A DNA stretch of 57,145 nt, filler included, from Sphacelaria rigidula (Eukaryota): assembly GCA_964200075.2 (NCBI GenBank). It is 2 parts of 2 records of this genome, joined end to end, with 100 filler letters (N's around TTAATTAATTAA, not from the genome) between each part and the next. Parts side by side here need not be neighbours in the genome. Positions count along the whole stretch, not along the records: positions 1 to 28,604 come from CAXNAA020000097.1; positions 28,705 to 57,145 come from CAXNAA020000098.1. One strand, given 5' to 3'. The first letter of the stretch is position 1, and each line of letters starts with the position of its first letter. Under the pieces are notes generated by a model that was given only the letters and a program-made list of their open reading frames with translations, was not told where the DNA came from and searched no databases. A program made the position numbers and the translations under genes. This document shows, in pieces, positions 22,601-33,894 of this stretch.

Positions 22601-25600
22601 AAACGCTACCCCCAATTTGTGTACTTCAAGTACGACTTTCACAATACCCCGCAATTGAGTATACTCTACTCGACCTGCCCTTGAATTGTTCATGTGGAAT
22701 CTCCAACTAGCGTCTTGTGGGTGCCTTCCAGGGTTCCACCTGAAAAGTATGCGGTTTGAGCGACGGATCCTCGTCACTTTCGACTTGTTTTCGCGTTTTT
22801 TACTTGACTTGTTGAAAATCTCTTCTTCTGCAGCACTGGGGGACGTGATCGACGATGAGGACCTTGCAGGGCCTCGTAGCACGCACAATGCTGCCGAGAA
22901 AAAATGTGTCGACGACGGTAGCAATTATCCTAACTCCGACGCGAACAAGATGACGCTCAGCGCTCGACAACGTAATCGTCTAGCAAGGCATCGGCGCTCG
23001 ACGGGGTTCGGCTCCGGTGGCGGTGGTACTACGATGTCAAGCGGCGGCAAGCGGCGGCGGCAGGAAGGTACCCCCGGCGGCGCCGATTCCACCGATGGCG
23101 ACAACAGCAAAGAAAGAGGCAGCGGCGGCGGCAGTGGGCTGGGGTCACGCGGAGACTTGGGTGCTGCGGCGTTTTTGGGACCAGGCGGGGGGATTATGGA
23201 AGTGGCTACGGATGCCCGCGGAGCGCTGGTGTCCCTTGCAGCTGACCTTGTAACTCAGGCGAGTTTGCGTTCTGGAGCATGTGTAGAGTGACAGGACAGA
23301 GGCGGACGAAGGGGGGGGGGGCACGTTGCGTGCGGGTGGTTGAAATCTGCGCAAGTATCAACACTACATCCGTGGACGGCGCCAGGAGGGGATGGTGACA
23401 CAAGATATGTTGCTGGTGTAGTGCGGAGTAGTATTTGGTGTGAACGGAAGAGAGTGTCCCGTTTTTTGTGTCTGTAGTGATCCGTATCTGCCTTGCTTCT
23501 GTGTCCACTGTGTCCAGATAAAGTATACAGGTGGAGACGAGAAGAGAATGTCTGCGTGCATACAAACATCACTGTTGAGTCAAAGACGCTGGAGAAGTTA
23601 CGTCAACCTGATATCATTCTTTATCGTGATGCCGGTGTAAGATCGTCGGCTTGGTTCCTTCAACATCCTTCAAAAGCGTCTCTTTACAAAATGCACAATT
23701 CCCATAAGCGGACGATAGCTTTGTGCTGACGATACGACGTGTCATTCCGTTTTAGTGATGACAGACTTTCTTCCTTCTCTATCGTTGTGGCCATTTGATT
23801 GTTTTATTTTTATTTTTCTTGTCTCTCGTGTCCCTTCGTCGGGACTCGCGCGCCGACCTTCGATTCTTTTACGCCGCTGCACTATGCCGCATTATGCAGC
23901 TTTTCCATCCTGTATGGCAGTGTCGGCACGGAGCTGCCTTGGGAGCGTTGTCGATCCTCCGGGCGTGGAATGCACGCCGTCGAAGAGGGGAGCCTGTGCC
24001 CTACGGTGATAGGTGAAAATACTTGGATTTTCGAATAGACAGGAACGAATCATACCTGTTGGTGGGACATGACTTGGCGCACGCGGAGCAGGTTTTTTTG
24101 CTCGCACCGTGTACGTAGGCTTGATGGGTCCCCTGCTTTAACAGGGGAGTTTTTTTCGTTTTTGTTTGGATACGCGTGTGTGTGCATTTGGTATAGTTTC
24201 TTGTGACTATTTCCCCGCAAACAAAACGACGCACGAGGCCTTGGTTAGTTCTCTGCACGGTGTCTTGCACCGCCGTCATTTATCTGCGCTATACAGTAGC
24301 CCATCAGAAAACGCGCGTGCAGCGCGTTGAGTCGGCTCTTCGCTGTGTCTAATAGTCAAGTCTTTCTTGTTGGTCGTTAGCTCTTCTGTCCTGATGATGC
24401 CTCTGGCGTCGGTTTGTACCTGCCTTCGGTGACAGGATGGAAGCGTGGGCTGAAGATGCCGTTGCTCGATGCGTTTGCGTCCTGGCGCTGGACCAATTCG
24501 GGGACTACAGCGGCCGGTGAGAGAGTGTACAGCCTGGTCGCATGAATACGGACGCTCGCGTTCCAGGTAGCATATGATTAAGTTGCATGGATGTTGAACA
24601 TTCCATTTGAGATGCGAAGATCGGCTAGCCAGACTTGCATGTACGTTCAAACGAAAATCCTGCACTCACCAGTAATTGAGTCGGCTGTCTTTTGTTTGTC
24701 TCTCGGTCATTTTGTTGCTCACACTAGGGGGTGGGGGGGGGGGAGGGGGGCGTACTCATTTGTTGCTTGCCTTAGTCGTTTGACCATTGATCACGCATCC
24801 CTTTCGAGACGAAGCGCACTAGGAGGGGGTCATAGTTTTCAAATATCGCAGCGAAATATGACTGCAAAACCACCGGCGTTTTGTGATCAGGGCATTCGCA
24901 GTGTGTGGTTGGAAGCCGTTGCCGTACATTAAATGTTAAAATTTATTTTTCGGAACAAGGAGTCCGCTGATAAACTACTACAATCGAATACCACATTGGC
25001 ATGTACGCTTTGAGTTCTCCACAAAATATCGTTATCCATGAGGAGGTACGAGATAAAGGACTACCTGTCCCTCGGAAGCGTCGTGGTCGGCCCGAGCTCC
25101 CCAATCGTGTATTTCCCAGCCGAACACGGTACCGGGCGACACAACTGGAGATGCGGGAAGAATCGTGGAACTAAAGGGGGGAAATGTCGCAAAGCCTCCT
25201 CAGCGACCATCGAGCAGTGACTATCCCCTCATGGTGTAAGGGATAGGTTACTTCAACGCTTCGCTCGGCCACGAACTCACGTGCTGTTGTTTGATCTACT
25301 CTGTTCCCCCCCGCCTCTTCCCATGCGGCGTTTAGTATGGTCGCTCCTGTCCGAGAAACGGCCGCGCAGCTGCTAGCCGTAGCGGCGCTGCAGCTTCGAC
25401 CGGACAGGCTTGAGCAGACCGCCACGCTATTGTGCGAACTCACCATGGCTGAAGAGTGGCAGGCCAGGCACGGTGGCTTTTGCGGCCTAGAGTCTCTCTG
25501 TGCTGTGGCGATTCGCGGGGATCAGGGTGAAGGAGGTGAGCGACACCACGGGCAGGGGAGGGGTGGGTGGGGGGGGTACTCATGCTCGTGATCTTGCTAA

Positions 25601-28455
25601 CCATAGTCTTTTGACCATTGACCTCGCATCCCTACAAAGCCGGGACGGAACACGCCGGGTTTTCGCCGGACCAGACTCGCATTCAATCACCGAGCGCGAA
25701 GCGCCATGATGTGTTCGACGAGTCGCACGAAGGGTGAGCTGCATCCTGCTAAGATTGTCCCGCCCGAAGCGTACTGATCCTCCTGCATATGGATGACAGC
25801 CTCGAATCAGCTGCTTCATTTTCTGGTATCGCCACTTCCAGAGACAGCTGCGGGTTGCACACTGCCTCATGGGTGTCACATTTGAAACACTACGTAGAAT
25901 GACCAACTCCTTTGCGCGGAATTGAGGTTCTCTCATCACGCACAATATGATGTAGCTCGACCATCGTCATGGTTACCGCAAAAAAAATACAAGCGTAAAA
26001 AACCGGTAACCTTGTTGCCTAGTTTACGCAGTGAGTGGCGTGTTGTACAGCGTCGTTGCCAACCGACACCAAGCTCGTGGGGGGGGTGTACTCATGATCA
26101 TGCATGCCATAGTCATCCTCGTGGGGGGGGGATATGCTGTTAGAAGGGGGTGTTCCGGCATGGTATTGAGGTTCGAAGGTGGAAGGTACGTCAAACGGGG
26201 GTTTCACTTTTATTCCGCTTTCAGAATTTGTATCGCGTTCGAACATCTGTCGATCCTCAATTCTGTAACGCAAGGTCCACGGTGACGACGCCATGGTCCC
26301 CGAGAAACCTGGCTCTCAAACGAGAGGACAAACTTTCCACATCGAGAATTCCAGGCTTGAGTGATTATTATTGCTTGCAAGGAACCAGCTTGTGCCATCG
26401 CACGAGCGAGTCGTTGATCATTTTCCGCGAAAGTCGTAACGCAGTTCTATTTTGGTCGTTGCTTGTACACCCGGCATCAGTTTGTGCGCCAGGGCATCAC
26501 CCCGAGCACGCTACGAAAATTCTCCGAATGATGAAACGAACGCCACATATCCACTTCCCAGGACACACCAGAACCGTGAATAACGACCAGCTCTCCGAAT
26601 TCGTGTGATTTTGGCATCACATATTTTTCTGACATGTACAGCCCGCTGCTCCGCCCCCACCCACGGATCGCGCCGGCTCCTGCTCTCGGCCGTATATCTC
26701 CCCGTTGCGAACCAAATCCATTCCAGCCTCACGAGAGCATTCACTATTTCTTCGAGGCTTGGTTTTTCGCGTGGTTCCGAGGGGCCTTCAGGACAGCGAG
26801 GAGGACGTTTGTGCCGCCGCCGCGAGGGCCGCGCGTCTGGTAACGAAGCGATTTCTGCCGCTGTCTTGGAGGGTCGGCGGGACAGTGATGGACGCCGATG
26901 AGCTGTCGAGTCGTAGAACGCACGGGGGTGAGACCGGGTGCACCGCTGCCGCCGGCCACAGCGAGGTCAGAGCCAAAGCTGTTATGGAGGAAGCTAGTAG
27001 TGGTATATCTGCCCCTGTGAGGAAGCAGCACAGTACCGGCCGCCGGCGTGAACGGGGGGCGGAGGGAGGGGCGGCGGAGAGCAGCGGAGGTGGTGGTGAC
27101 GCGGGTGTGGAGGAAAGGGTGGAGGAAAACGAGAAGGAGATTTTCCATTTGGTATGGAAGGCGTTGGGCGCTTTACATCAGGATTCCGCGTGCGTCGAGG
27201 TGAGGAGAGGAGAGGAGAGATACGAACAAAAGAAGGACAAGACTATCGTCAGCGTTTTCCCAGGAGTTTCAGAATTTTCTTGCTAGCGTAGAGTTAAATT
27301 TTTCGTCCAGTCCCTGTTTGGCGGCTGATGAAATCACGAAAAAAACATTTTTTACGGTAGCATGTTTTGTGTGGTAGTCAGCGATTGCCAGGATATTGTG
27401 GTCGCACGTATCGTGTTACTACTCCCCGAGTACATACGGCTTGAGTAACAATCTACGCTCGCCCCTGCACCGACTCCTCTTCCCTGGCTTTCTGCGAATG
27501 CCCCCTCGCATGCTCCCTTACTTTAATGCATGCTGGATCAGTCATCTTCCGTATGGCACCAACGAACACGCTCCACAACCCCGTCCCCGTCACCATGAGA
27601 GACTAAGTGGTCGACCCTACTGTACCCCCCCCAACCCAACTGCAGTCCTCGCTCTGCCACCTCAACCCTGACCCCAACCCCACCCTTGGCCCCAACCATA
27701 AGGATATTGCGGATCTCCTCGAAATATGTTGCGACGACGCCGCGAGCCGGAGCCGACGCCGGAGAAGCGGCGGCGGAGCAGTTGATCCTCTCACTGACGA
27801 AGGAGGGGACAGGTTGCAGCGGCTGTTGGAGCTGTGGGGGGACGGCCGCGCGCGTGTGCGGGCCTCTGCGGTGCGGTCGTTGTCTGCCCTCGCAGGGGTT
27901 ACCATTGCTGATGGTGGTGGTGTTGTTGGTGGTGGCCGTGATGGGTGCGTTTGGCGTCACCGTGTTGGGCTTGTCGTTGTGTTGTTGAGCATCCAATCGT
28001 TTTGTCTGGCAGTTTTTTCACGTCTCTGTTTTCTGTCACCGTGGTACAGCAGGAGCAAGATATTCGGCGCGGCCTACCTTTAGTTATTCTCCCGAAGTGT
28101 GTCTTGCTGTTTCCTGGTGAGGGTAGCACGCCGCTACCTTGGTACACGGCCACGGGGTGTGTTCGTTAGACACCTGCCATTCCCTTCACAGATGTTTACT
28201 GATAGCACATCAAACCCAGCACGCATTTTCGCCCTACTTATATTTCGTTGGCTGTTCCCCCAGAGCCCGTCATGGTACGGCAGCTACCCCGACAAGCAAA
28301 GAAATAGCAGGAGACACTTCTTGGGCCATCAACGTGAACGGACTGGGCGCCCGGTTATTACGGCGATGCTTTCGCGGGATCCTGTTCGAGACCGACGATG
28401 GCGTGAGGGAGCAAACCGCCCAGCTCTGGAAGGCGCTCCTGCCAGGAATGCAGCG
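15155..28455 (+). CDS. BTAF1: TATA-binding protein-associated factor BTAF1/Mot1 (N-terminal HEAT-repeat part, first 12 exons, ~770 aa; 3' part lost at the assembly gap)
   Basis: Exons 15155-15209 (least certain), 17454-17541, 17953-18053, 19751-19959, 20965-21100, 22834-23258, 23900-24012, 24436-24516, 25336-25535, 26727-27199, 27703-27944, 28264-28455; all phases join. Mot1-type motifs: YLSHTAWYARVAAASCLESL, RQRKRLLKCLGL, LSARQRNRLAR, LFHPVWQCRHGA, WAEDAVARCVCVLALDQFGDY-MVAPVRETAAQLL, WQARHGG, GLQDSEEDVCAAAA. Confidence 0.9.
15528..15603. repeat. (TACTG)n microsatellite, ~15 units
   Basis: Perfect pentanucleotide run seen directly. Confidence 0.95.
16446..16543. mobile_element. piggyBac-type miniature element (98 bp)
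   Basis: TTAA|CCCTTAGAC(C/G)GCGAG(G/A)TTAGTCTT ... AAGACTAATCTCGCCGTCTAAGGG|TTAA: CCCT/AGGG termini and TTAA duplication (16442-16445, 16544-16547). Confidence 0.8.
18300..18490 (+). mobile_element. tRNA-derived SINE-like repeat, copy 1
   Basis: A-box-like GGTGGTCTAA, then tggtacaactgaaac...ggcggaagattg and a degenerate B-box; homologous over ~160 bp to the inverted copy at 19121-19280. Confidence 0.55.
19121..19280 (-). mobile_element. tRNA-derived SINE-like repeat, copy 2 (inverted)
   Basis: Minus strand reads tggtacaactgaaactggttagggcggaagattgcgggttcgagtgc (B-box GGTTCGAGT), then a T-rich body matching copy 1. Confidence 0.55.
19571..19697 (+). mobile_element. Non-LTR retroelement 3' end with (CAAT)n tail, copy 2
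   Basis: ggatcatgactcctggggcatcagttaaagtgtgaca followed by ~11 CAAT units; matches 3881-4007. Confidence 0.7.
20341..20460 (-). mobile_element. Non-LTR retroelement 3' end with (CAAT)n tail, copy 3 (inverted)
   Basis: Reverse complement matches 3881-4007 over ~120 bp, including gtcagttaaagtgcgacaatcaatcaatc. Confidence 0.7.
21131..21556. mobile_element. 426-bp foldback (palindromic) element in BTAF1 intron 5
   Basis: Arms of ~213 bp are complementary end to end around the central palindrome GATCCGATCGGATC (centre 21343/21344), with long perfect blocks such as cttcacctactggtagctattgacaagtacgacacgtca. Confidence 0.9.
22480..22683. mobile_element. MITE (204 bp) with 41-bp TIRs and 8-bp TSD, hAT- or P-superfamily type
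   Basis: TIR CAA(C/G)GGCAGGTCGAGTAGAGTATACTCAATTGCGGGGTATT with one mismatch; perfect TSD AATTGTTC at 22472-22479 and 22684-22691. Confidence 0.9.
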
Positions 28456-28548
28456 GTAAGAGTTCGTGGCAGCCGGTTTGGGTCTGGGGTAGGCTGCTTT
28501 TGCGCAGATGTCGTATTTTCAATGTGTTGAGTTTGTTGTTGATGGTGC

Positions 28549-28604
<56 letters not shown>
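28549..28604. repeat. (TTA)n microsatellite running into the gap
   Basis: Seen directly; probably the cause of the contig break. Confidence 0.95.
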
Positions 28605-28704
28605 NNNNNNNNNNNNNNNNNNNNNNNNNNNNNNNNNNNNNNNNNNNNTTAATTAATTAANNNNNNNNNNNNNNNNNNNNNNNNNNNNNNNNNNNNNNNN
28701 NNNN
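28605..28704. other. Artificial scaffold linker (44 N + TTAATTAATTAA + 44 N)
   Basis: Exactly 100 bp, with a six-frame stop cassette in the middle. Confidence 0.95.
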
Positions 28705-29021
28705 CTGCCTCATGGGTGTCTCACCATGGGGGGTCGTGGCATGGTACAGAGTAGTACGTCGAGTATCGGGTGGTATGCACAGTACTGGCAGGACCTCTAT
28801 AAAGAGTAAGGGCAATCAACAGAACACGCCGAAACGTCAATGAGCAGGCAAACGCCAAGTACTTTGTCGGCGAAGAAAGTCTGCCCGTTAATGACATAGT
28901 TTTTGCAAGCTCTATGGGAAATTAACGGGCAGGAGTTTCTTCAATGTTGGCACCCTCCCCCTCAGATAGGATTTGTGACAACTGTGAGGGTATTTCAGGA
29001 AGATCGCTCGGAAAGAAACAT

Positions 29022-30237
29022 CGGTGTTGAATATCGAACAGAATAAAAATTTCGATGCGATATGTTCAACGTATCGACCTCAAGACGTCAATACCGATAT
29101 TTTTTTCGATACGCGGAACATGACCGGATACGTATCGATACTCGATACGATATGATACGATATGATACGATATGATACGGCTGTTTTGGTGGGGACACAG
29201 CTTGCAAGACCTCACGGTATTACACTGACACTAGCAACCTAACCCGGAGTGGATGCTTGCCTGATTGTATGAAGGTGCAGCAGCACCAGGGTGTGATTTG
29301 TAATTTGTCATCTGACATCACAGGAGTGGCGGCACAAGACGCGGCGTGATGCTTCGGTTTGACAAAAATGGGTGATCGTGCAAGGGGCAAGTCGCAAAAG
29401 AGATAGTCGATCACAACTCGGGGTGTGATGCATGATAGATGGTGTGTTGTTCAAGCCGGTGATATACCAAAGTATATTCTGCGGCCAGTTCCGTCATCTT
29501 TCTATCGAATTTGAGCATTTACCTCGGCTCTGCGCACTGCGAACGCACTCATTATTCAATAACAAACGCGCCAAAAGTCGAAACTGGGCGATAAATAATG
29601 ACGAATGCAAATGCGCGCTCGCTTTTTCTGTTTTCCATGCTGTATCAAACAAGGGATGAGACAGCAGCACAGGTCCAATTTTTTCACTGTCGCCGACACA
29701 ACGGAATATACTCTCCAGACACCTGAAACTCCGCGGGTAACTCCGCTTGCTCGCTCTCTTCACTCTTGGTTGAGGGCACCGGGGCAGCCCCTGGTGCAGC
29801 AGCAGCAGCCGTAGCAGACACAGATACGAACGGGTTCGCAAAAACATCGACCGTAGCAGACACGGATATAGACGGTTTGGCAGAAACGTCGACCGCAGAC
29901 TCTGCGCTACCGCCTTCCACAAAGCCGAAAGTCTGAAGGCGGCTCATGTTGCAGACCGGTGTGGTTCGCAGCAGTGGATATGTGTTGTGTGGTGTGTATG
30001 GAGTGTGGTGGGTGGCGGGGTGGCGGGCAGTGGGGTGATGGGCGGTGTGACGATGTGCTGTCTACCACCCCCCTCCCGGTAAAATAAATATATATATCGA
30101 CCATATCAATATCTGATATTGACATTGATGTTGATACGTATCGACAAATACCGGCTTGGGAAGCGGCGATACCGATACGCCGTAAAGACCGATATTATCG
30201 AAATCGCATCGAGTATCGATATCCGATTTCAGCACTG
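29022..30237. mobile_element. hAT-like non-autonomous DNA transposon (~1.2 kb)
   Basis: Degenerate TIRs CGGTGTTGAATATCG / CAGTGCTGAAATCG; near-perfect 8-bp TSD AGAAACAT / TGAAACAT; both ends rich in subterminal ATCGAT/GATAC repeats; broken minus-strand ORF inside (29947-29684). Confidence 0.7.
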
Positions 30238-30853
30238 TGAAACATGTAGAATGGTATTCAGGGGTATCGTACTACATATTTCACTGTTCAAAATCGAAAG
30301 TTCCTTGCTTGAACGCTTTATACCCGTCACAATGAACGACTGCTTTCCAAGAAAACCATATGTTATTTCCGGACTTCCCCTGGGGTCCAATCCTAACCCT
30401 TCGAGGTTGTCACAAATCCTATCTGAGGGGGAGGGTGCCAGCGGTTTCCGTCGCTGGATCAGACCCCGTTTGGGACCGTCGGGAGTGATATTCAAACTAC
30501 AGCTGATGCGGCTTCGAAATTTAAAGAAACACCCCGTGCTTGCAAGCGCGTCGTACTACGGTAGTATTGTTCGACAACCTCACCGCGAAACCGGTTCTCA
30601 ACACAGCCACGGCGGAAGTGGCCACACGAGGCGTGATAGCTGGTTCAGACTGGATGAAGCGCTTCGCATGGGCACTGCTGGCGAAACAACCCCAAGCGTG
30701 AGACTAATCCTTACCCCCGTTGTGTGTGTGTGCAGCTTTGTTGTGGGGCATCCATTTTATCCAACTGACGACTGTACTGTAGTGATGCTGTACTCTGGTG
30801 ATGGTATATTTCAGCAGACTGCTGAATGATGCTGCGTTTCAAAGATCGCTGGC

Positions 30854-30984
30854 GTCTGTCGCCGCATTGGATCATTTCGCTGACGGCGGTCGTCGCCGGC
30901 GCAACAGTATGAAGTCTCTGTCTGTCGCCGCATTGGATCATTTCGCTGACGGCGGTCGTCGCCGGCGCAACAGTATGAAGTCTC
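30854..30984 (+). repeat. Perfect tandem duplication, period 66 bp (2 copies)
   Basis: gtctgtcgccgcattggatcatttcgctgacggcggtcgtcgccggcgcaacagtatgaagtctc at 30854 and 30920. Confidence 0.95.
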
Positions 30985-33894
30985 CCTCAGATACTCAACA
31001 AGAGGCGCTCGAAAACTCGATGACTAGTCCAAAGAAGTATGTTTTCAGCATGCTTTGTCACGTCTTCCGTAGCGCTTAGACGCGGGTACTGCTCAAAAAA
31101 AGATGCCGCACAATCGATGACGGCGGTTTTTCTGTTGGATTGCTCATCATCATGCTTGCCCTGCCGTGCAGAAACTCCTGGGTTAGGGTTACATGGTCGA
31201 AACCGGTTGCGAATCCCGACCCTTTTGGACAAAGCAATTGAAATTTCGATGGTCCGTTGAACCTCATCCAAATGTTGAACATCAAAAACAAATCCAGGCT
31301 GTTATATGCTTTAACAAGTATAGGATTTCCACAACACGAGTGCTTTCAGAAACAATCCCAGATGATTTCGTTATTGACACAAGCTTCGAAGCTTCTACTG
31401 ATGATGTAGGAATGAGTCATCCTACGATAGGGGGGGGGTATTTGATTGCCCTCCCCAAAAGGCTCGAAAGTGTGTCAGACGACCTGCCATACTCACGGTG
31501 CGCTTGTATTTGGTTCAAAACGGTGTCAATCGGCATGGGAGGGCATTATTCACTATAACAAGCTCGTTCGAGCAACCGTTGCTCCTTTCAACGACGATTT
31601 GACTTGGACTTTCGTGCAAGATATGGCCCACAATACCCCCCCCCTATCGTAGGATGGCTCGTATATGGCATGTACTCTCCAGTTCTTGAAACATAATTTT
31701 GAAAAACCCGTAGTCCTCAGCCTACCATCGCACTGTATTTGCACACCAAAGCAAGTTGGATCGAACAAAATATGGTCGCGTTGAATAATTTTGGTCGCGT
31801 TTCGTACTTCGACAGGGATACGAGTCAGTGCAAGCACGCACCGGTATGGTGCTATACTGGACGGTACCAAACCGTGCAGGAACGTGCGGTGTCGTACTAC
31901 AGAGTACGCGGTGCGCTGCGTTTCGCTACAATTCGCATGCGTGGTAACACAGGGGTGCTATATGCCATCAGCTGCGATATGCGTTACGAACAGTGTGAGC
32001 CAAAGTGTCCGTGTGTGCATCTGCTTTCGTACAGCAGGAGGTGAAAGAAACGCCCGCGAAGTGTAGTACAGATAGCACAGGACTATCTGTACTCCTTGCT
32101 TACAGTGTGACGTGAAAAAGACTTGAACGACATGAATCTTTGTACTGCCTGTACTGTCCATGCGTGTATACGCAAGCCGGTCGTCCACCGCGCCGTAACA
32201 CGCAGTTCCGTCGCCGATCCCCACCGGAAAGAAGGTGCTCAAGTTGTCAACAGAAGAAACACACCATACTTAACTACTGCAGTGTCTATCTATTCCTGTG
32301 GGCTACTCTCACCTGGTGAGATCCGTTTCGAATGTACGAAAAGGAACATGTATATATATATATATATGTATATATATGGCTTTAGACACCGGAACAACAC
32401 TGGGCGACGTGGCAAACTAGGAGAAGTTTCGACAGACAGATAACGTCCTCAGTTGGTTGTTATTGGAGAAATGTTTCACGTAAAATGTGACTTGTCGGGA
32501 GGCGACTTCAACCCCATTTGAGGCTTCAATCTCACTTTTCAGGATCATCTTGTTTATTTATCCTCCTCGTCTTACACAAGGGGACATCGACAAGCCAATC
32601 CGTGTGAGATACACCCAGCGGGCACGTTCGCAACATCTCGTCATATTCTTCCGGTCCGCAGTCGGGAGAGGCCGGGGCACGCGTCGGAGGACCCACCAAA
32701 CTCGGGTGTTGCCCGTCCGAGACCGACCTCATCGAGACGGTGACTCTTTGCTGACGGACCGGTGCGCATGCCACCGAGTTGCGCTACCCGTAGGCATGAC
32801 GTTGGTGTTACTCCAACGCCGGGGGAGGCAGCGACGTAGCGTGAACTCGAGCGGCCAGACCAAACTTCTCGGTGGTCGCTTCCCACTGTTTCCGGATAGC
32901 GATCAAGGATGCTTTCATAAGGAAATCAACCGCTTTAGACGGAGTACAGACTCCCCCGCCTCGACGAGCGACACGCAGGTCTCGTTCCTGTCGGTTTTGA
33001 TGCAGCGAAGAACTCGCTGCCTTCTGGGAGGCGGTGGTGAACCTCCTACGTCGGAGGGACGCGGACAGAGTGCATGGAGTGGGGGGCGGGAACTGAGGGG
33101 CGATACTACGCCTTCAACCAGAGCATTCGCGACTATCACGCTGAAACAGTTGTCCTTAGGATCTCTCGACGCACTAAGACGGCGAGTGACAGAAAGTATG
33201 CGTCACCCGATCCAGTAACAGTTTCGACGTTATGGTGATCCTCTGGGCTACGCACGGTGACTGCACAGCGATCAGCATCAGACAGCCGACCCAAAACCTC
33301 TCGCACGTGCTCGACTAGTTTGATACTGACCCTCTCGTCTTATAAACTGGGGTAGGGTGTTCTTGTATGTTTAGAGCTTGGGTATTCAGCAGTCAAACTC
33401 GACATGGTCTTGGTGGGTATGTCGGCATCCGCCAAAACGTCTCAAAAGCTGATGTTCTTTTTATCGTGTATCGTGCATGTTCCATCCGAGATAATGATAC
33501 CCACCTAGGTATCCATATGGAATGCCACAGCTGTATGGGATATCCATCTGGTGCGTCCATCTAGGATATTCATCTGGAATATCAGTCTATCCAGGATCTC
33601 ACATCCATCTGGCATGTCAATCTGGGACGCCCGCCTCGGCGTATACGGCACGTCATTCTATCAGCTCGCGTCAACCAAGATGCATGCCCCTGAAGTGTGC
33701 TCTGCCACGTACTCTAGCCCAGATCTTTACTCTACCAGTGCACACTGCTCGGCGCTCCGCCAGCGCACGCTAACTTCTAACCCATGTATTGTAACTGACA
33801 CAGAAGATTTCCACGGGTTTGGGTCAGGGTAAGGGCTACTTCGATCTCAACTTAGCTATTCGCAATAAATTGGACAAAACTCACTAACGTTACA

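Noticed and set aside
28649-28660. TTAATTAATTAA palindrome as a biological site
   Set aside because: Synthetic linker centred in an N run.
25863-28720. 16-bp match ctgcctcatgggtgtc on both sides of the gap as a contig overlap
   Set aside because: Too short, and the sequences diverge immediately afterwards.
32487-33218. 243-aa plus-strand ORF
   Set aside because: GTG start, no motifs, no consistent splice structure; more likely a decayed coding or TE fragment.
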